A DNA stretch of 64,000 bases from positions 1 through 64,000 of the forward strand of contig JBQTHB010000007.1 of NCBI GenBank assembly GCA_052390235.1, given 5' to 3'. Positions 58,570 through 64,000 of this stretch are shown here, piece after piece. A program made the translations under genes and the position numbers. Numbering within the stretch: position 1 is the first letter of the stretch; each line of letters starts with the position of its first letter. Source of the DNA: Deltaproteobacteria bacterium. Lineage in GTDB: Bacteria > Desulfobacterota_D > UBA1144 > Nemesobacterales > CSP1-2. Under the pieces are notes generated by a model that was not told the DNA's origin, ran no database searches, and saw only the letters and a program-made list of their open reading frames with translations.

Positions 58570-59114
58570 GGCTTTTCCAGGAGTCTGAATTTGGCGACGA
58601 ATTCCCTAAATTCTCCTACGCCGCCATCGAAACCCGCGGGGGCTGAGGCATAGCTCATGTCGTAGATGCAGGAGAGGGATTTCATCACGGCGACGGCTAT
58701 TTTTACGTCCGAAGAGTCGAGCTTACCCGAATAAACGCTCTCCATGGCAGGCTCGCCGCTTATGGTTATCTCGCCCCTCGATACGACATTTCTCTCGGCA
58801 ATGCCTATGATGAGATTCTCGGATAGGGCTTTGAGGCTGTAGTTGACCTTTTTGCCCTGTTTATTGCAGGTTGAGTTCACGGTGATGGTGGCGGGAATGC
58901 CGGGGTTTAAGTAGGCGATGTCTCCGCCCTCGATGTCTATTTGCTTCCAGCTTTTGCTGAGTCCCCCGATTTCGTAGCTCGTGAATTTATTTGTATATAC
59001 CCTGCCCTTGAGCCTGCCCGGAGTCGAGTCGGCGGCGGCGTAATGACCAGCGAATTCCACTATCGCGCAGGAATTAAGAGAGAACAGAAGGAGGGATAGG
59101 AGGAGTATTTTCAT
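58566..59114 (-). CDS. Hypothetical lipoprotein
   Basis: Lipobox LNSC; ATGA overlap with mlaE. Confidence 0.75.
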   Translation of the reverse strand: MKILLLSLLLFSLNSCAIVEFAGHYAAADSTPGRLKGRVYTNKFTSYEIGGLSKSWKQIDIEGGDIAYLNPGIPATITVNSTCNKQGKKVNYSLKALSENLIIGIAERNVVSRGEITISGEPAMESVYSGKLDSSDVKIAVAVMKSLSCIYDMSYASAPAGFDGGVGEFREFVAKFRLLEKP

Positions 59115-59226
59115 CGTGTCCGCCGCTAGGGCTTAGTTTAATATCAATCCGCCGCAAGAGCAAATACTATCCCCGCCTCTTTCGGGGGGAGGGGCGCTTA
59201 GGACAATTAGCGTCTGCTCGCGTACG

Positions 59227-60231
59227 CTAGTGGATGAATAAAATGTCAACTGTGTAGTAAATAGCCCCCCCCAGAGCCGCCGCCGCCGGAATAGTGAATA
59301 TCCACGCCCAGACGATCCTGAGCGTAATTCCCCATCTCACCGTGGACAGCCCTTTTGCCGCTCCTACCCCGGAGATAGCCCCGGTGATAACGTGAGTCGT
59401 GCTTACGGGAATTCCCATAAAAGTGGCTATAAAAATACTAATAGCGCTTGCCGTCTCGGCCGAGAAGCCGTCTATCGGCCTTAGCTTCGTGATTTTCTGT
59501 CCCATGGTTTTTACGATTCTCCATCCGCCGAATAGAGTCCCAAGCCCTATGGCTATGTGGGCGGCAAGTACCACCCAAAGGGGGACGGTGAAATCGCTTA
59601 TAAGCCCTCCGGCTACTAATAGCCCGGTGATGATACCCATTGTTTTCTGCGCGTCGTTGCCCCCGTGTCCGAGGCTATAGAGGGCGGCTGAGACGAGTTG
59701 TAGCCGCCTTGAGAGCTTATTGACATACGCGGGAGTGCGCTTGTACAGGAGCCATGTCGAGGCGACTATAAAAATTACGCCGAGGGCCAGTCCTATGGTC
59801 GGGGCGAGGAATATGAATACGAGCGTCTTATACCATCCGTGGGCTATTATCGCTCCCACGCCGGCTTTTGCTATCGCCGCTCCGGCGTATCCGCCGATGA
59901 GGGCGTGCGAGGAGCTAGTGGGAAGCCCCAGGAAGAGCGTGGTGAGATTCCATCCTATCGCGCCTAGAAGCCCGGCGAAAATTACCGCAGGGGTTATAAC
60001 GTTGATGTCGATAAGCCCCTTGCCTACGGTTTTTGCCACGGCAGTTCCGAAGACGACGAAGGCTATGAAATTGAAAAACGCCGCCCACATCACGGCTTGC
60101 TTTGGGGTTAGGACGCGCGTTGAGACTACAGTGGCTATGGAGTTTGCCGCGTCGTGAACGCCGTTTGTGAAATCAAAGGCTAGGGCTATGATGATGACAA
60201 ATACGATAAAAATCAGTTCCGGTTCGAGCAT
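59227..60231 (-). CDS. pit: PiT-family inorganic phosphate transporter
   Basis: NGVHDAANSIAT, PTSSSH, HGGNDAQK, PVSTTH. Confidence 0.96.
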   Translation of the reverse strand: MLEPELIFIVFVIIIALAFDFTNGVHDAANSIATVVSTRVLTPKQAVMWAAFFNFIAFVVFGTAVAKTVGKGLIDINVITPAVIFAGLLGAIGWNLTTLFLGLPTSSSHALIGGYAGAAIAKAGVGAIIAHGWYKTLVFIFLAPTIGLALGVIFIVASTWLLYKRTPAYVNKLSRRLQLVSAALYSLGHGGNDAQKTMGIITGLLVAGGLISDFTVPLWVVLAAHIAIGLGTLFGGWRIVKTMGQKITKLRPIDGFSAETASAISIFIATFMGIPVSTTHVITGAISGVGAAKGLSTVRWGITLRIVWAWIFTIPAAAALGGAIYYTVDILFIH

Positions 60232-60283
60232 GGATTTTTTATATGCCTCTTAGCTTGTGGGTGTCTGCTGGGTCTTGGGGATT

Positions 60284-60910
60284 TTAGGCGTTTTCAACTA
60301 CTATCCCTTCCACTACATTTGCCACGTCCTCGCATCTGTCAATGGCGTCCTCAAGGGTCTCATATATGTCTTTCCACTTGATTATGTGAATGGGGTCGGG
60401 GTTAGAGTCGTTAAAGAGGGTCGAAAGGGCGGTTCTAAAGGTTCTGTCGCCCTCGTTCTCGAGGCGGTTTATCTCGACGCAGATATTCAATATCGAGCTT
60501 GGATTCTTTAGGTCTCGCAGCGCGTGAATCCCTTTAGCGACCTGCTCCACGGCTTTCTCAAGCGTGTTTACGAGGGATAGAGCCTCTGGAGTCGAGGTTT
60601 TAATTTTATATAGCACAACCCTCTCGCAGGTGGAATCTATAAAGTCCAGTATATCGTCCATCTTTGTGATGAGGGCGTAAATGGATTCGCGGTCGAGGGG
60701 GGTTACGAAGGTTTTATGTAGCTTTTCCACTGTCTCGTGGGTTATTAAATCCGCCTCGTGTTCGATGGCTTTGATTTGGCGCGCTTTTTCCTCGGCGTCC
60801 GAGAGGTCGTGCATCATGATTTTAAAGAGCTTTATGCCGGCTACGATTTTTTCGGAAGCCGTATCGAAGTAGTCGAAAAACCTCTCTTCCCGCGGAAATA
60901 AGCTGACCAT
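60284..60910 (-). CDS. DUF47 (PhoU-like) phosphate transport regulator
   Basis: EHEAD, TFVTPLDRE, LENEGD, DRCEDVAN; adjacent to pit. Confidence 0.93.
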   Translation of the reverse strand: MVSLFPREERFFDYFDTASEKIVAGIKLFKIMMHDLSDAEEKARQIKAIEHEADLITHETVEKLHKTFVTPLDRESIYALITKMDDILDFIDSTCERVVLYKIKTSTPEALSLVNTLEKAVEQVAKGIHALRDLKNPSSILNICVEINRLENEGDRTFRTALSTLFNDSNPDPIHIIKWKDIYETLEDAIDRCEDVANVVEGIVVENA

Positions 60911-60925
60911 TTATCTTCACCCTGC

Positions 60926-60955
60926 CTTAACGCTATCTTAACGAAATTTTAATAA
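60926..60955. promoter_or_regulatory. Pho-box-like triple direct repeat, 11-bp period
   Basis: CTTAACGC-tat-CTTAACGA-aat-TTTAATAA, 16-45 bp upstream of DUF47-pit. Confidence 0.65.
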
Positions 60956-61054
60956 TTTATACCATAATGTGCGGAGAAATCTATTCCCCGCCCTTGAATC
61001 CCTTGGGGCTAATGAGCAGACTATTCCCCCAAGCTCTCCAAGGAGGTAGCACAA

Positions 61055-61309
61055 ATGGCTGAGATTATAATTTATTCGACCGCCTACTGCCCGTACTGCC
61101 GCAGGGCGAAGGCTTTTTTTGACGCAAAGGGGTTCAATTACACCGAAATTGACCTAACACACGACCCTGAGGCGAAGAAAAAAATCATGGACACCCACCA
61201 CTGGCGCACCGTGCCGATGATTCTAATCAACGGCGTCCTCATAGGCGGATATGACGACCTCATGGCAATGGACAGAGAAAAAAAACTTGATGATATTCTG
61301 CGCGCATGA
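61055..61309 (+). CDS. grxC: Glutaredoxin 3
   Basis: CPYC, TVP, IGGYDD; RBS AAGGAGGT. Confidence 0.93.
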   Translation: MAEIIIYSTAYCPYCRRAKAFFDAKGFNYTEIDLTHDPEAKKKIMDTHHWRTVPMILINGVLIGGYDDLMAMDREKKLDDILRA

Positions 61310-61371
61310 ATTATATTTATACTAGATTTGGAAGTGAAACTAATCTTCGGCAGGGAGGTTAATCACAAAAA

Positions 61372-62004
61372 ATGAGCGTCGCCATAGAATCCCCTAAACT
61401 CAGTTCGACTCTGCTTCGCGTAACGTGGCTTTCCATAGGGCTTGGCATATTTATGGAAATCCTAGTAATTATAGTCATTTCAGTGTGGGGAAATATCAGC
61501 TCTTCAAAGCCTTTCATAGCGGATTTGGTGCAGAAGGTGAGCTGGTCGTTTATTGTTTGCGCCGGGCTTGCGTTGGGGTCTGTCGTATCGAAGCTCAAGG
61601 CTCAGTACATGGGAATTGCCGGGTTGCTAGCCGCCCCCTTTGCCTTTGTTATTTCCCGCTCTCTGCACAAGAGCGCGACTCAAGCCCTGACCATCCCCGC
61701 TGTATCGGATTCCGCTTCCCCGCTCGTGATAGCGGCTATCAAAGGGGTTGAGTACGCCATTTTGGGAATAGCCATAGCGTGGATAGCCAAACGCGTTTGG
61801 GGAGGGTTTTTAGCTCACATCTCGGCGGGTCTTCTGGTGGGCGTTGTGTTCGGAGGGGCGATAATGCTCTACGTTGCCGAGTCTGCCCTCAACCCCATTC
61901 CTACAGCGGCGTTTATATCGAGAACAATAAACGAGGTTTTTTTTCCAGTCGGATGCGCTGTGGTGCTTTTTATCGGCACGGTCATTGCCTCGAGAATTAA
62001 GTAG
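61372..62004 (+). CDS. Hypothetical multi-pass membrane protein
   Basis: About six hydrophobic segments; RBS GGAGG. Confidence 0.75.
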   Translation: MSVAIESPKLSSTLLRVTWLSIGLGIFMEILVIIVISVWGNISSSKPFIADLVQKVSWSFIVCAGLALGSVVSKLKAQYMGIAGLLAAPFAFVISRSLHKSATQALTIPAVSDSASPLVIAAIKGVEYAILGIAIAWIAKRVWGGFLAHISAGLLVGVVFGGAIMLYVAESALNPIPTAAFISRTINEVFFPVGCAVVLFIGTVIASRIK

Positions 62005-62144
62005 CCCCTCCCCACTACCGGGGCTGATTCCAATATCTGCTTGCTCAGGGTGTTAATAGGCGGTAGCGCGCTGGAGCGATTGCCGATGTTGGCTTTTTAA
62101 TGTACTTTCTTAATCGCATTGCGCCGATATAAACGACCTGCTAG

Positions 62145-62870
62145 GTGCTGAGTACCTTGAATTCAGACGTTGTAGTTGCCGAGGGTATAGCTAAATCCTA
62201 TGGAAATTTCAAAGCCCTCAGGGGAGTGAATCTGCGCGTCAAAAAGGGCGAGTTTCTATCCCTTTTCGGACCCAACGGCTCTGGCAAAACCACTTTCATC
62301 AAAATCCTCTCGGCTCTGGCGAAACCCACATCCGGCAAGCTGACCCTGATGGGACGGGATATTCAAAGAGATGCGGACTTTGCAAGAGCCGCAGTCGGCG
62401 TAATCTCTCACGACCCGTATTTGTACGCAAATCTATCTGCGCTTGAGAATATTTTATTCTTTGCCTCCCTCTATGGGGTCTCTCTCGCCGAGGACAGCGC
62501 CGCTCGCCTCATAGCGCAAGTCGGGCTTCAGGCGCGAATGCACGATTTGGTGCGCACATTCTCGCGAGGCATGAAACAGCGCCTCGCCGTAGCCCGCTCG
62601 ATAGTTCACAACCCCGCCCTGCTTCTGCTCGATGAACCCTACACCGGGTTGGATCCACACGGAGAGCGAATGTTTACCGATATTCTCGCGGGGCTTAAAT
62701 CCGAGGGCAGGACGATAATCATGACCACTCACAATGTTGCCGAGGGGTTTCGCATTAGCGACAGGGCGGCTATAATGGCAAGGGGCGAGGTGGTTTTTGA
62801 ATCCCCGGCGGAGGGGTTAGATTTGGAGCGGTTCAAAGGGATTTATTTCGAGAAGACTGCCTTGGCTTAG
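62145..62870 (+). CDS. ccmA: Heme exporter ATP-binding protein CcmA
   Basis: GPNGSGKTT, FSRGMKQR, LLLDEPYTGLD; precedes ccmB and ccmC. Confidence 0.9.
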   Translation: MLSTLNSDVVVAEGIAKSYGNFKALRGVNLRVKKGEFLSLFGPNGSGKTTFIKILSALAKPTSGKLTLMGRDIQRDADFARAAVGVISHDPYLYANLSALENILFFASLYGVSLAEDSAARLIAQVGLQARMHDLVRTFSRGMKQRLAVARSIVHNPALLLLDEPYTGLDPHGERMFTDILAGLKSEGRTIIMTTHNVAEGFRISDRAAIMARGEVVFESPAEGLDLERFKGIYFEKTALA

Positions 62871-62902
62871 ACTCTCTCCTAGGTGTCTGCGCGGCGCTGA
62901 AT

Positions 62903-63574
62903 ATGAAAAAAATATGGGCTATCGTCTGGAAGGACACCCTGTCGGAGTTTCGCTCGAAGGAGATTTTCTCTTCGATGTTCACGTTCGCGCTCCTCATTAT
63001 TGTGATTTTTAATTTCACTCTTAATTCCTCATCGGAGGTTATAAGGGCGGCGGCGGCGGGGATTTTGTGGGTCGCTTTCAGCTTTGCCGCCACGCTGGGG
63101 CTAAGCCGCTCATTCGCCCTCGAAAAGGAGGACGGCGCGATAATGGGGATGCTCCTTGCCCCCTGCGACAGGAGTTTTATTTATCTCGGCAAGATGGCGG
63201 GCAGTCTCCTCTTTGTGCTTGCCGTGGAGGTGATTATTCTGCCGCTCTTTGCCGTTTTTTTTAATCTCAATCCGGGCTTTGCAGGCGCTGTTGCCCTGAT
63301 ATTTGTGATATTTCTCGGCACTGTGGGGTTTGTAGCCGTGGGGACGCTCTTTGCCGCGATGGCGCTTAATACGAGGCTTAGGGAGGTGCTTGTGCCGATA
63401 CTCCTCTTCCCGATAGCGATTCCCTCAGTGGTAAGCTCGGTGAAGCTGACCGAGGCGATTTTAGCCGGGAAATCCATGGCAGAGGCGGGCGGGGCTTTGC
63501 AAATACTGGTTTCATTCGATATAATCTTTCTCGCCGCGTCGGCCGTGGTGTTTGAATACGTGATTGAAGAATAA
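62903..63574 (+). CDS. ccmB: Heme exporter permease CcmB
   Basis: GILWVAF, SFALEKEDG, LVPILLFP. Confidence 0.92.
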   Translation: MKKIWAIVWKDTLSEFRSKEIFSSMFTFALLIIVIFNFTLNSSSEVIRAAAAGILWVAFSFAATLGLSRSFALEKEDGAIMGMLLAPCDRSFIYLGKMAGSLLFVLAVEVIILPLFAVFFNLNPGFAGAVALIFVIFLGTVGFVAVGTLFAAMALNTRLREVLVPILLFPIAIPSVVSSVKLTEAILAGKSMAEAGGALQILVSFDIIFLAASAVVFEYVIEE

Positions 63575-63591
63575 GGGGTGTCCTAGGGGTT

Positions 63592-64000
63592 ATGGGAATT
63601 TTAATGCTCCTCGCTTTTGTGGGTATGGCGCTGTCAGTCTATACGGCTTTTATCTATGCCCCTACCGAAATTGTGATGGGACACATCCAGAGGATTTTCT
63701 ACTTTCACATGGGGACGGTCTGGGCGGCGACAGTATCGTTCATAATTGTTTTTATCGCGAGCATTCAGTATCTGAGAAAAGAGACCAGGTTCTGGGATAT
63801 TCTCGCCCTTTGCTCCGCCGAAGTCGGAGTCCTATTTCTCACGCTAACCATCATCACCGGAAGCATCTGGGCAAAACCGATATGGGGAACTTGGTGGACT
63901 TGGGAGCCGCAGCTCACCACGACGTTTATCCTCTGGGTTCTGTATATCGTCTATCTGATACTGCGCTCTTCCATCGGCAACGACCCAAGGCGGGCGCGCT
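63592..64000 (+). CDS. ccmC: Cytochrome c maturation protein CcmC, 3'-truncated by the window edge
   Basis: Read by hand: QRIFYFHM...GSIWAKPIWGTWWTWEPQLTT (tryptophan-rich motif). Confidence 0.93.
   Translation, partial: MGILMLLAFVGMALSVYTAFIYAPTEIVMGHIQRIFYFHMGTVWAATVSFIIVFIASIQYLRKETRFWDILALCSAEVGVLFLTLTIITGSIWAKPIWGTWWTWEPQLTTTFILWVLYIVYLILRSSIGNDPRRAR

Overview
Gene-dense bacterial chromosome segment of moderate GC, mostly core metabolism. The gene content suggests a deltaproteobacteria-like lineage such as Candidatus Dadabacteria, but that is an inference. It runs from the 3' part of groEL to the start of ccmC and includes pyc, trpF-trpB and trpA, a hemD-hemE fusion, lysA, exbB/exbD, ddl, a thiolase, tRNA-Val(CAC), efp, yacG, malic enzyme, hisS, nadE, DUF47-pit and ccmABC. 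I saw no CRISPR array, integrase, transposase or prophage. The most notable observations are: (1) an MvaI/BcnI-type restriction-modification pair lying antisense between trpB and trpA, with one in-frame TGA in the endonuclease; (2) a passenger-poor autotransporter barrel next to an exported Sel1/coiled-coil/caspase-family protease, converging on a TPR protein with a degenerate NDT/TIR-like head; (3) NurA plus a stand-alone HAS-barrel gene without HerA; (4) a single-repeat Pur-alpha-like protein; (5) a Cys-less eIF2B-like protein coupled to a HAD phosphatase; (6) a hydrolase with the full fluoroacetate dehalogenase motif set; (7) a FieF-type transporter that appears to start at ATC; (8) a three-repeat Pho-box-like site before DUF47-pit; (9) strong apparent GATC depletion. 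All family calls come from motif recognition by eye; no searches were run.
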